A DNA stretch of 62,846 nt. Source: Octopus sinensis. Taxonomy: Eukaryota. Positions 12,535 to 24,784 of this stretch are shown here, one piece after another. The translations under genes and the position numbers were made by a program. Numbering within the stretch: position 1 is the first letter of the stretch; every line of letters begins with the position of its first letter. Below the pieces are notes generated by a model, which was not told the origin of the DNA, made no database searches, and worked only from the letters and a program-made list of their open reading frames with translations. The stretch covers positions 1 to 62,846 of the forward strand of contig NW_021832135.1 in assembly GCF_006345805.1 (NCBI RefSeq). The letters run 5' to 3'.

Positions 12535-12656
12535 GATGGCAGTTTATAGAGGACGTGGAGATCTGAAAATAAGGGAAAAGAATGATTAATTATGGTGTTT
12601 AAAAGATATTTAGAGATACAACTATATGTATAAGTGTGTGTGTGTGTGTGGTGTGT

Positions 12657-12708
<52 letters not shown>

Positions 12709-13177
12709 TAGCGTATGTGTATAAACGAACTAACATTTGTTTTTTATAAGTGTTGAAATATGTATTGTAAGATAAAAATGAGATGATAATTTGTTTTCAA
12801 ACGCAGAAACGCCGTTAGAACAACAGAAACATTGGGTAAATTACCCTTAGAAAACGGGAAAATTTGTCAACAACCAGCCATATTATTACTAGATTTATCC
12901 TACATTATATCGGTACACTTCGGTGCAACCCAAAAAACTGGTTCAGCACTCAGTATCATTAGAGTGTAGCCGGCATAATGAAGTAGGGGCTTTATTTGTA
13001 TATTCAAAACGCTTCCCGTAAATAAATAATAGTAAACCTTTCTACGAAAGGCACAAGGACTGACTTTTTGGGAGAGGGGTTAAGTCGATTACATCGACCC
13101 CAGTACTCAAATGCTACTTAATTTATCGACCCCGAAAGGATGAAAGGCAAAGTCGACCTCTGTGGCATTTAATAGTG

Positions 13178-13213
<36 letters not shown>

Positions 13214-13229
13214 TAATAATAATAATAAT

Positions 13230-13568
13230 GTGTTGATAATTCTGTGGGAGTTTGAATAATTGAGATTCTTTGGGTGTTTGAATAATTCCCTCTGGAAACA
13301 TGGGTGGTTCTTTCAACATCCTTAAACAACCCTTATTCAGGGACCTTTTGAGCGGGATGGGCTACTCAACCTGAAGAAATTTCTAACTGGGCCCCACCTG
13401 CAAGGTCATGCGCTGTTTATCTTGATATGAGATCACCATGTCGCGCACATATGGTTGTGATGCATGCGCCTGGTGTACCCTTATCAGACGAGTAGTCATG
13501 GTGGGTATACTGGGCTTCGTATATTTTACCCCAGTGTCACTTTGATGGCATGAACTGCTCTCTCACTC
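13230..13568 (+). mobile_element. Unclassified ~330-bp repeat with (AAT)n tail; second copy at 54355-54672 (-)
   Basis: Two highly similar copies, both embedded in TAA repeats; probably a LINE 3'UTR or a SINE. Confidence 0.7.
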
Positions 13569-13622
13569 AATAATAATAATAATAATAATAATATAATAAT
13601 AATAATAATAATAATAATATAA

Positions 13623-13862
13623 GACCATGAGATTGAGAATAGGAAGCCGGACATAGTCTTAATTGAGAAAGAAAGCAGACTATGTTGAATCATAGATTTT
13701 AGCCATGTCCAGTTGACAACAAGGCATGCGATAAGGAAGAAAGGAAAGTCGAGAGATATGACAGGTTAGCTTGGGAAGTTAAGCAGTTGTGGTCGATGAA
13801 AAAGGTAGCAGTAGTACCAATAATTGTAGGAGCCCTGGAACAGTGAGCAAAAATCTCGAGAG
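13623..13862 (+). mobile_element. Degraded R4/Dong-type endonuclease fragment
   Basis: DHEIENRKPDIVLIEK...YDRLAWEVKQLWSMKKVAVVPIIVGAL; follows (TAA)n. Confidence 0.75.
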
Positions 13863-13898
13863 GTACGTGTGTCTGTGAGTGTGTGTAGTATGCATACA

Positions 13899-14421
13899 TC
13901 TATGTGTTTGTGCTGTCTATATTTACTACGTACTTCTTGTCGAGAGTCAGAGTGTGTGTAAATTTCTTTTCGACCCTTTTAGAATTGGAATTTTTGAAAA
14001 GTAAAAATATTGCATTATGTAGCTTGTTATTCTCTTTAAGTGAACATTTTTCTGGTTGAAATACACCGAAAAATGGCGACACAGCAGTCAAAAAATCGTA
14101 AAAAATAGGGATTTTCATAGAAAAAACGCACCTTTTTGATGTATGATAGAAGGCTTGCTCTTCCTTCCGTAGAAGAAAAACTTCAAATCGGACCATGTTA
14201 ACACCAAAAATTATTTTCATCAAAAAGGTGCTTTTTTTCTATGAAAATCCCTATTTTTTACGATTTTTTGACTGCTGTGTCGCCATTTTTCGGTGTATTT
14301 CAACCAGAAAATGTTCACGTAAAAAGAATATCAAGCTACATAATGCAAAGTTTTTACTTTTCAAAAATTCGAATTCTAAAGGGTCGAAACAAACCCGAAC
14401 AACGCCGGGCAATACTGCTAG
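13899..14421 (+). mobile_element. Helitron-ended element containing a long internal fold-back
   Basis: ~175-bp inverted arms at 13968-14140 and 14217-14389. 3' end CCCGAACAACGCCGGG..CTAG|T is of the same type as 29804. The 5' boundary is uncertain. Confidence 0.55.
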
Positions 14422-14941
14422 TTCTCTATAAATTTCTTAAGTGGAACATTCGATCCCATTGCCCGACTTGTAGAGGCTTGTGAGCAATAATAATAATTAT
14501 TATTATTATTTACATCAAAAACACCTAAGCTCTACGAGGCTCCGGTGGGTGGGGGTGAACCCCGCTAGTGGACCCCGTAGCCATTTGATGTTTAAAAACT
14601 AGTTTTGTAGAAACTTCTTTCAAAATTCTTATTTTGTTTTTCACACATTACCTTGTGTAGGTTGAACAATGTAAAGTGTTCGAGAAAGAAACCTAGCTAT
14701 TTCTTGCAATACATACCAATACATACATCTAGAGCAAAATCTTTTCAGGGGCCCTTAAAATACTATTAAGGATCCCCGATTTTACTATTTTGTTGCGTGG
14801 ACCCCCCAAAATCTTATATGGAACTGCAGGGGCCATATGGACCCCAGTTCAGAACCACTGGATTAAACTCTTCAGGGCAGGATATTGTAAAAATGTAGCA
14901 AATGAAAAATGAAAGATATTCTAGAATATCTTAAGTCTTAC

Positions 14942-14975
14942 CTCTCGGCAGTTGGTCAAGCGATCAGTGAATGAT
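14942..14975 (-). other. Non-coding exon 1 of paralog A
   Basis: Minus strand reads CATCATTCACTGATCGCTTGACCAACTGCCGAGAG|GTAAGA. Aligns with the exon 1 candidate of paralog B; no ATG; TATA ~32 nt upstream. Confidence 0.8.
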
Positions 14976-15148
14976 GGCTAAAGAGAGGAACCCGACCAAT
15001 ATATATACAGTTATGTTCCGGCGTTGTTTTACTGGTCTGTCCAGTATTATCTTTACTGTTACAACCAGCACCTCATCCACTCATTGACTAAAAATATGTG
15101 TAGTGGCAAAGTTGTTTGGACTTTCGCATCAAGTGGCCACTCGAAAAC
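14976..15148 (-). promoter_or_regulatory. Core and proximal promoter of paralog A
   Basis: TATATATA at 15000-15007; AGATAATACTGGACAGACCAG block at 15032-15052; GAGTGGCCACTTGA palindrome at ~15129-15144. All three are also present upstream of paralog B. Confidence 0.72.
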
Positions 15149-15245
15149 GGGCAGGATTTATTTAAAGAATTTTTGTCTTTTTTTGGTCAAAGTTGCTCGA
15201 ATTTTGGAAATACAGCGTTGTGAGCGATACACACACACACACACA

Positions 15246-15288
<43 letters not shown>

Positions 15289-15569
15289 AACACACACACA
15301 AACACTAACACACATACACATATACACATACATACACACTCACATATACGCAGAAACTCACGCACACACACACACACTCACACACACGCGTACACACAGA
15401 TACACACAGATACACATACACACATACACATACACACATACACATACATACACACTCGCATACAAGCAGATACACACACGCACGCACACACACACACACA
15501 CTCACATAAGCGCACATACACAAGCACATGTGCATTTGCATCCACACGTGCACCTGTAGGAATGCATTC

Positions 15570-15606
<37 letters not shown>

Positions 15607-15641
15607 TGCACGCATATATACACACACATACGCACACATTC

Positions 15642-15674
<33 letters not shown>

Positions 15675-15973
15675 ATTTCTATGTATGTATGTTGGTATGT
15701 GTTTCTGTGTGTATGTGTGTGTATATGGGTATAATGGTGCTGCTCCAGCATGACAACAATCATTTAGCTGGAACAAATAAAATACCATATACATACATAC
15801 ATGCACACACGTACACACACATACACACACATATAATCCTTTAATCCTTTAATCCTTTAATATGTTTCAGCCCGAAGGCTGCGGCCATGTATATATGTGT
15901 ATATATATATATATATACAAATGTACATCTATATCTACAGCTATCTACATACACACACAAACACAAACACACA

Positions 15974-16017
<44 letters not shown>

Positions 16018-16152
16018 TACATACAGGGAGGGAGGGAGTGTAGTTTCCGGTTAATGTCTGTCACGCCAGTGTGATGTAATCATTCATATAGGAACACATA
16101 ACACCTGTACGTTAAATGCAATTATGCGAAATTATTCAGTACTCCTCTACAT

Positions 16153-16242
<90 letters not shown>

Positions 16243-16299
16243 ACACTTAGATTGAGAAAGGAAAGGTGAAGAAAGAAAGAAATAATATAAGAAACAGCG

Positions 16300-16366
16300 G
16301 TGTCATCATCATCACCATCACCATCATCATCATCATCGTCGTCGTCGTCATCATCACCATCACCAC

Positions 16367-16397
<31 letters not shown>

Positions 16398-16480
16398 GTC
16401 ATCGTCATCATCATGATTATCATGATCATCATCATCATCATCATCCGTAACGTCATCGTCATCATCATCGTTATTGCATG
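16300..16480. repeat. (ATC)n/(GTC)n microsatellite
   Basis: Direct reading. Confidence 0.95.
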
Positions 16481-16518
16481 ATGATTACATGTTTTTATAC
16501 ATCATATAACTTATATCA

Positions 16519-16620
16519 TATATCATATATCAGCGCTTTCGTCCATTCTGGTGGATTTTTCAAATGGAATTCCATTTGAAAAATCCACCAGAATGGACGA
16601 AAGTGCTAATATATGATATA
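16519..16620. repeat. Loop-less palindrome centred on GAATTC
   Basis: ~50-bp arms containing TCCA-ccagaa-TGGAC-GAAA-G(C/T)GCT, a degenerate hammerhead-like motif. Confidence 0.8.
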
Positions 16621-16798
16621 TATTAAGTTATATGATATATATATAAGTTATATGATGTATAAAGTTATATATATATAAGTTATATGATGTATAAAAACAT
16701 GTAATATACAAATAAATATCTGTAAATATAAAACCATCCGAATTTCTGAGTACCTCATTTCTTCTAATATAACATACCTGTACATCATCTCCAAACTT

Positions 16799-16866
<68 letters not shown>

Positions 16867-16871
<5 letters not shown>

Positions 16872-17103
16872 GGAGTAAATACATAAATGTGAAACAAGGT
16901 GGAAAAAAAGAGTACTCAAATACCAGTGGTAGAGTAATATGCTTTATTTAAAGCAGCAGAAAATTCAACAAAACCTGTTACTCTGAGTTTCACGTTCCCG
17001 TTCGTCTGACAGTTTTTGCTAGAAAAAAAACTGTCCGACGAACGGGAACGTGAAACTCAGATTAACAGGTTTTGTTGAATTTTCTGCTGCTTTAAATAAA
17101 GTA
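16867..17103. mobile_element. PLE-like fold-back element, family 2
   Basis: ~75-bp inverted arms (16940-17015 and 17027-17102) in (TA)n; a single-arm copy lies at 51576-51729. Confidence 0.55.
16975..17012 (-). ncRNA. Hammerhead-fold motif with variant core (U4 substituted)
   Basis: CUGU CAGACGA ACG-ggaa-CGU GAAA CUCAGAG UA^ACAG. Stems I-III are present; other copies at 17031-17068 (+) and 51588-51625 (+) read CCGACGA. Confidence 0.5.
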
Positions 17104-17897
17104 TATATATATATATATATATACACATGTACATATTTGTGTGTGTCTGTATTTTTCTACCTACCATCGCTTGACAACCGATGTTATTACACTAGTAATA
17201 ACTAAGTGAAGGCATGTGGCTTAGTAGTTAAAGTGTTCGGCTTACAATCGTAAGGTCGTGAGTTCGATTCCCGATGGCGCGTTGAGTCCTTGAACAAGAC
17301 ATTTTTATTTCACGTTGCTCCAGTCCACTCAGCTGGCAAAAATGATTAGCACCTGTATTTCAAAGGGACAGCTTTGTCCCATTCTATGTTATGCCGAATT
17401 TCTCCGAGTTAAACGTTAAGGGCACGCGTGTCTGTGGAATGATTTCACAAACAGGCTGTTCCGTTAATCGGATCAACTGAAACACTCATCTTCGTAACCG
17501 AACAGAGTACTAGTAAGAGTAACAACTCTTTCTAACATAGACACATGAACAATACAATCCAAAGGGCAGCAATACTTGAAGCTGTCGACCTCAGACAATT
17601 ATTGTATATTTGGCATCTATTTCTGAAGGACGCTAACAATTTTGTGCCGTGATTGTTTATATTTTATGGTCACCACAAATAATTCTCTTAACCAGACCTC
17701 ATACTCTATGGATTTATATCTTATTCCTTTTACTCTTTGACTTGTTTCAGTAATTTGACTGTGGCCATGCTGGAGTACCGCCTTTGTAAGCCTAGTACTT
17801 ATTCTATCGGTCTCTTTTGCCGAACCGCTAAGTTACGGGGGCGTAAACACTCCAGCATCGATTGTCAAGCGATGTTGGGGGTACAAACACAGACACA

Positions 17898-17951
<54 letters not shown>

Positions 17952-19425
17952 CATATATACGACGGGCTTCTTTCAGTTTCCGTCTACCAAATCCACGCAC
18001 AAGGCTTTGGTCGACCGAGGCTATAATATAAGACACTTGCCCAAGGTGCCACGCAGTGGGACTGAACCCGGAACCATGTGGTTTGTAAGCAAGCTACTTA
18101 CCAAACAGACACTCCAATGCCTTGTATAATTCTACTTTATATTTTAACAATATGCAAATTTTAGCATAAAGGAGGAATAGATATTTGAATTAATATATAT
18201 TTTTACTTATTTGTTTGTAAAATTCCGCCATCTTTTCGACACTTGTCTTCGATCAATTTATCTTTCGACAAATTCGACTTTCTATGAATATGTTTCTTTA
18301 AGGATGTCTTTCAGCAAATATATTTCTGACGAATGCTCAAGACAAATGTTTGTTATTTGTTCCTTCTTGAGCCACGCCTGGCTCATAAGGGCCGGTTGCC
18401 CCGGTTTCCTTGGCGTATAGGTTCCCCACCTGGACGGGACGCCGGTCCGTCGCAGGTGTGCTGCAAGAAGGAGGAGGAAAGAGTGAGAGAAAGTTGTGGC
18501 GAAAGAGTCAGCAGAAGTTCACCATTACCTTCTGCCGGAGTCGCTCATAAACACACACATTAGGTGTTTCGCTCATAAACACACACATTGCCCGGTCTGA
18601 GATTCGAACCAGCGATCCCTCGACTGCGTGTCCGCTGCTCCAACCACTAGGCCATGTGCATCCACGCTCAAGACAAATACTACAGTAAATTTGACTTTCG
18701 CGATGTCTTTAAATAAAGTGTAATTCACAGGTCGCTGTTTCAATTTATTACTGCTTCTAATGTATATAATGGATTTTTATTCAGTCAGAAGGCTGTTTGC
18801 CGTTTATTTACCTTTTACCGATATTGGTGGTGACTAATTTCTTCCAGGTATACGGTTGGCTGTAAGAACAATAGATGCTATCGACAACGCTCAACGCAGT
18901 AGAAATGCATTTAGCAAAACTCACTGGAAGCGGACGATTTTCGTCTGCCTCTGGCAAGGACAAGACGCAACTTCGTTGAAGCAGTCCTTCCCGCAAAGTA
19001 AATTAAATAAAATTTGGGATTTTTTGCGGAGTGGTAACAAGTGGTAACAAGAACAGGACAGTGAGAACAAAACAGTAAAAACAATAAAAAAGTAAAAACA
19101 GTAAAAAAAACACTTTACGAAGTCACATCTTGTCCTTGCCATCGAAACGTGGAGTAGTTGAAACAGGGACAACTGAAGAAGGGGAATATTCCTTGTGTTG
19201 CATGTCTCGTTTCTCTATTTGTTTTTTTTCGTTGTTCGAAAAAAAGTTCGTTTCTATGATTTTGTTTTTATGTTTTCGTTTCTCATTGTGTTCAACGGTT
19301 TTTTATGTCCTGTACCCATACATGCATGTATATATACATATTATATATATATATGTAGGTATGTACATATATGTATGAATATATACATATATTTATATAT
19401 TGTCTATATTATATACACACACACA

Positions 19426-19484
<59 letters not shown>

Positions 19485-19524
19485 GTACATGCATATATAC
19501 ATGTATATATGTATATATATATGA

Positions 19525-19845
19525 GGGTAAAGACCCCCTTCGGTCATGAATGACCATGGGATTGCACCTAGAAAGTTACCCTTCTAGACACAAGTTCGGG
19601 CAAGGTTGTTTATGGAAGACCAGCAGTCGCCCATGCATACCGGCCTCCCCTCTCCACGCCACCAGTGTTATCCAAGAGAAAGGCAAAGGCCGATACAGCT
19701 TGGCACCTGTGACGTCGCAACTCATTTCTACAGCTGAGTGAACTGGAGTAACGTGAAAATAAAGTGCTTTGCTCAAGAACACAACACGCAGCTCACAACC
19801 TCACGATCGTAAGCTCGACGCTCTAACCACTGAGCCATGCGCCTT
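19525..19845 (-). mobile_element. tRNA-derived SINE family D
   Basis: Head GGCGCATGGCTCAGTGGTTAGAGCG plus a CTTGAGCAA..CACTTTATTTCACGTT core. Other copies: 6409-6965(-), 17207-17505(+), 31460-31760(-), 32027-32327(-). Confidence 0.8.
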
Positions 19846-19895
19846 CATAAATGGAACAAAAACGCAATAGGGAGCATTAAAACTTTCGGACAGAC

Positions 19896-19946
<51 letters not shown>

Positions 19947-19951
<5 letters not shown>

Positions 19952-20159
19952 GGCCGGAATTCTGCTCCGGCATCTCGTCAGTTATTAAGGCAAACAAAAA
20001 TGCTATGAAAATTACCGTAAAATAAAGGGAAATTACCCGAATAGGGAGAAAGTAAATACTCGAAGAAAGTAAACCCACGCTCATAGAATCCGCGTATGCG
20101 CGCCTGTACATACGTACGCATGCGCGCACGAGATGCCGGAGCAGAATTCCGCCCCGACA
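19947..20159. mobile_element. 213-bp MITE with 32-bp TIRs and TGT...ACA termini
   Basis: TGT(T/C)GGG(C/G)CGGAATTCTGCTCCGGCATCTCGT at both ends (30/32); no clear TSD. Confidence 0.75.
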
Positions 20160-20298
20160 TCCGAAACTCTGAGTTTTATTATGGCAACCGACTAATTGTT
20201 ACATATTATATTATAGATAAATCCCTCTATTTACATAATATTGAGTTCTCATTCATTCTTTTGTTGTCATATTATTATTATTTATATCTATCTGTCTG

Positions 20299-20388
<90 letters not shown>

Positions 20389-20739
20389 GATACGAGCAAA
20401 AAATCCCCCCGTCCAATGGACGGTGCTGAGTTGTCAAACATTTAAACCAAATTTTCTCAAAACTACTCGTCCGACCGTCCCATAGGCCTCCCCTTTGAGA
20501 AACACCGATTTAACCTAAATTTGAGACACCAGCAAAAGAAGAAATAAAAATAGCCTTTTTTCCTATTCCAAAGAAAAACGATTTTATTCACGCAAATATG
20601 CAACCGAAGAGTTTAAAGTACCAGTAATTTTAAGGCTGTTGAGTGGGAGAACACAAACATGGTTTAAACAGTAAGCTTGGCAGGAAAGAAACGTGCCTTT
20701 AAGCAGTACAAAAACAACAAAAAATTAAAGGTTCAGTTA

Positions 20740-20948
20740 TGTACAGGTTGACGGAAGAAAAGCACATTCCCACGGCTTTATCGATCGCATTCTCACTTGG
20801 AATCGATTTTTGTAATTTTTTCAAGACTTATACACGCCCTAATACCGTCGGTATCTACATATCAAATTTGAGCGCAATCGGATGGAGGATGCTCGAGATC
20901 CTAGAAGACACACACACACAGAGACAGAACGGATTTTATATAATAGAT
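20740..20948 (-). mobile_element. Helitron-like 5' fragment
   Basis: A|TCTATTATATAAAATCCGTTCTGTCTCTGTG start; no 3' end found. Confidence 0.4.
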
Positions 20949-21260
20949 ATAGATATACACATTTATATATATATGCTTGATCAAAGCTTAATTGGGGCTA
21001 AACAACAGCTAATTGAGGTTGTTTGGTATGAGTATTTGCTAGAAATAGTAGCTATGACTCATATCACATCATGTGAAAAAAAAATTGGATGATACATATG
21101 AGAATGTTTCTGATAATGAAAACAAGCGGATTGGTCAAAATTGGATGGCTTTAATCACACCGGGAGTAGCTACCAATTCCCTTAAAATACTACTTCCTAC
21201 ACTCTGAAAAAAACCCCCCAAAACAACAAACACACAAAAATTAAAAAAAAACGCAGAATA

Positions 21261-21997
21261 CAGTAATTCCTCGACTATCGTGGGTGTTACGTTCCAAAAC
21301 CCCACCGCGATAAATGAAAATCCGCGAAGAATAAACAGTACTGTACTGTATATTTTTATAACTGTTTTTATATTTTGTATATATCTGTATATAATTTGTA
21401 TAGGCGCAGGAGTGGCTGTGTGGTAAGTAGCTTGTTTACCAACCACATGGTTCCGGGTTCAGTCCCACTGCATGGCATCTTGGGCAAGTGTCTTCCACTA
21501 TAGCCTCGGGCCGACCAAAGCCTTGTGAGTGGATTTGGTAGACGGAAACTGAAAGAAGCCTGTCGTATATATGTATGTATATATATATATGTGTGTGTGT
21601 GTGTGTGGTGTGTGTGTGTGTGTGTGTGTTTGTGTGTGTCTGTGTTTGTCCCCCTAGCATTGCTTGACAACCGATGCTGGTGTGTTTATGACCCCGTTAC
21701 TTAGCGGTTCGCCAAAAGAGACTGATAGAATAAGTACTGGGCTTACAAAAGAATAAGTCCCGGAGTCGAGTTGCTCGATTAAAGGCGGTGATCCAGCATG
21801 GCCGCAGTCAAATGACTGAAACAAGTAAAAGAGTAAAAGAGTAAAGAGTAAAAGAGTAATATCTATTTTATTATATGTGCAAAACAACGCCACGGAGGAA
21901 TCGACGTAAACTTAAATAATAAAATAATAAACCGCGACAGATGAACCGCGATAAGTGAACCGCGAAAGGCGAACCGCGATATGGCAATGGATTACTG
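21261..21997. mobile_element. pogo/Tigger-like MITE with a nested SINE (21403-21858)
   Basis: TA-CAGTAAT...ATCGCGG-type TIRs, TA TSD, subterminal AACCGCG repeats. Confidence 0.7.
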
Positions 21998-22089
21998 TAC
22001 AGCGATTAGCACTTAATCATAAGTCCGCTCGATAAGGGATTACTAAAGACTGCAGATCAACAACAATGAAAATGCAATTCTGTATACAA

Positions 22090-22314
22090 ACTGCCCCCCA
22101 CCACCACCACGCACACACGCACCGCACACACACTCACACACACAAACACGCAAACATATACATACATACATATCGATATATGAATACATATACATATATA
22201 TATATATGTGTGTGTGTGTGCGCGTGTGTGTATGTGTGTGTGTGTGTGTATGTATGTAGGTATACATATATAATGTTATGTATGCTATCATTACGGGGTC
22301 ACTGGTCTTATAGG

Positions 22315-22355
<41 letters not shown>

Positions 22356-22794
22356 TATATACCTAAATGTATATGCTTATACATATACATTAGTGTGTCC
22401 GTGTATAGACACACACACAAACGCATATATTTATATTAACGTATATGTATATAAGTTGGAGTATATATATATGTATGTTTATATATACATCATATATATA
22501 CTTAAACTTATATGCATTTACATATACGTTAGTGTGCATATATATATATGTATATATATATGTATATATATATATATACAGTCACACAGACGCACACACT
22601 AATATATATATATGTGTATACACTCACACATACAAACACACACACATATATATGCATGTACACTTGCAAATATATACTTAAACTTACATGTATATTCATA
22701 TGGGTGTATATATATGCGTGTGTACGTGTATATGTATATATATATACACATAAATATGTATACATATATATATATATATATGTGTGTATATATA

Positions 22795-22843
<49 letters not shown>

Positions 22844-23000
22844 TTTGTGTGTGTATGTATAAAATGCATACATGCATATGCATGTAATCTATATATATAT
22901 ATATATATATATGTACATGTATGCATGTATATGCGGTTTTGTGCTTGTGCGTTCGCGTACGTGCGCTGAGCGAGTGTATATATATGTTTGTGTGCTCTGT
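22090..23000. repeat. Compound (TA)n/(CA)n/(TG)n tract immediately upstream of the paralog B promoter
   Basis: Direct reading; a similar (CA)n/(TA)n tract at 15225-15720 abuts the paralog A promoter. Confidence 0.95.
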
Positions 23001-23092
23001 GCATACACCGCCCACATCACTGTATTATCAAAGTTTGAGTGGCTGTGACCAAAATTCCTTAGATCAATATAAATAACATTCTAGCGTGTTTT

Positions 23093-23263
23093 TTGAGTGG
23101 CCACTTGAGCCGGCACCAAAAAAAAGAAAAGAAAAAAAAAATGCCATTGCACCTATTTTCAATCAGTGAACAGGTGTGTTGTTTGTTTCAACATTACAGA
23201 TAATACTAGACTGACCAGCTAGACTTAGCCAGTATATATATTGGTTGATGTCTAACTGTTTTC
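23093..23263 (+). promoter_or_regulatory. Core and proximal promoter of paralog B
   Basis: TTGAGTGGCCACTTGA at 23093-23108; AGATAATACTAGACTGACCAG at 23198-23218; GTATATATATTGGT TATA box at 23232-23245. Confidence 0.72.
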
Positions 23264-23297
23264 ATCATTCATTGACCGTTTGACCAGCTACCGGGAG
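23264..23297 (+). other. Non-coding exon 1 of paralog B
   Basis: ATCATTCATTGACCGTTTGACCAGCTACCGGGAG|GTAAGA. Initiator-like TCATTC at 23265-23270, ~31-34 nt after the TATA box; homologous to the paralog A exon. Confidence 0.8.
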
Positions 23298-23341
23298 GTA
23301 AGACATTTCTTTCTAAATTTCCTTTCCTTGAAAGAACCTGC

Positions 23342-23402
<61 letters not shown>

Positions 23403-23419
23403 CCTACCTACCTACCGAC

Positions 23420-23526
<107 letters not shown>

Positions 23527-24457
23527 CGTGTAGCTTCGTTGGATCGCCTCAAGTTCTGTGATTAATTTGACACTGGACGGTGACCATAGCTGAGAGCAAT
23601 AGTCAAAGTTAGATCTATCTAACCATCTATCTTTTTTTAAAAATTTTATTTTATCCCCCCTTTTTTTGTCCTCTTTCTTTCCATTTACGATCCCTTTTAA
23701 TCGAAAACCAAACTCCCTTCTTTTACCCCCAAAAGAAAAGCTCTACCTTGTAATTTTGTCCTGTCTGTGTGCAGCCCTGTGTGGCTAATAAAGAAACATA
23801 TCTATATATATGTATATATGTACATATACACCTATGTATATACATTCATACATAGACAGATAATCATATATATATCAGGCGAGCTGGCAGAAACGTTAGC
23901 ACGCCGGGCGAAATGCTTTGCGATATTTCGTCTGCCGTTACGTTCTGAGTTCAAATTCCACCGAGGTCGACTTTTACCTTTCACCCTTTAAGGGTCGATA
24001 AATTAAGTACCCGTTACGCACTGGGGTCGATGTAATCGACTTAATCCCTTTGTCTGTGTTTAGCCCCTTGTGGGTAGTAAAGAAATATGTATTTCGTCTG
24101 CCGTTACCTGCTGAGTTCAAATTCCGCCGAGGTTGACTTTGCCTATCATCCTTTAGGGGTCGATTAAATAAGTACCAGTTACGCACTGGAGTCGATAAAA
24201 TCGACTTAATCCGTTTGTCTGTCCTTGTTTGTCTCCTCTGTGTTTAGCCTCTAGTGGGTAGTAAAGAAATAGGTATTTCGTCTGTCTTTATTATAGGCGC
24301 AAGAGTGGCTGTGTGGTAAGTAGGTTGCTAACCAACCACATGGTTCTGGGTTCAGCCCCCCAACGTGGTAACCTGGGCAAGTATCTTCTACTATAGACTC
24401 GGGCCGACCAAAGCCTTGTGAGTGGATTTGGTAGACGGAAACTGAAAGAAGCCTGTC

Positions 24458-24548
<91 letters not shown>

Positions 24549-24784
24549 ATATATTATATATATATGTGTGTGTGTGTGTGAACCAATATCGCTTGACAAC
24601 CGATGCTGGTGTGTTTACGTCCCCGTAACTTAGCGGTTCGGCAAAAGAGACCGATAGAATAAGCACTGGACTTCCAAAGAATAAGTCCTAGAGTCGATGT
24701 GCTCGACTAAAGGCAGTGCTCCAGCATGGCCGCAGTCAAAACGACTGAAACAAGTAATAAAAAAGAAAAAGAAACAGAATAAAC

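Larger units (their letters stand above)
12563..14941 (-). other. 5'-UTR intron of paralog A (2379 bp)
   Basis: GTAAGA donor at 14941 and polypyrimidine-CAG acceptor at 12563-12565. Confidence 0.75.

Noticed and set aside
19150-19190. CTGAAGA-AGGGGAATATTCCTT as a hammerhead
   Set aside because: No GAAA after stem II and no stems I/III.
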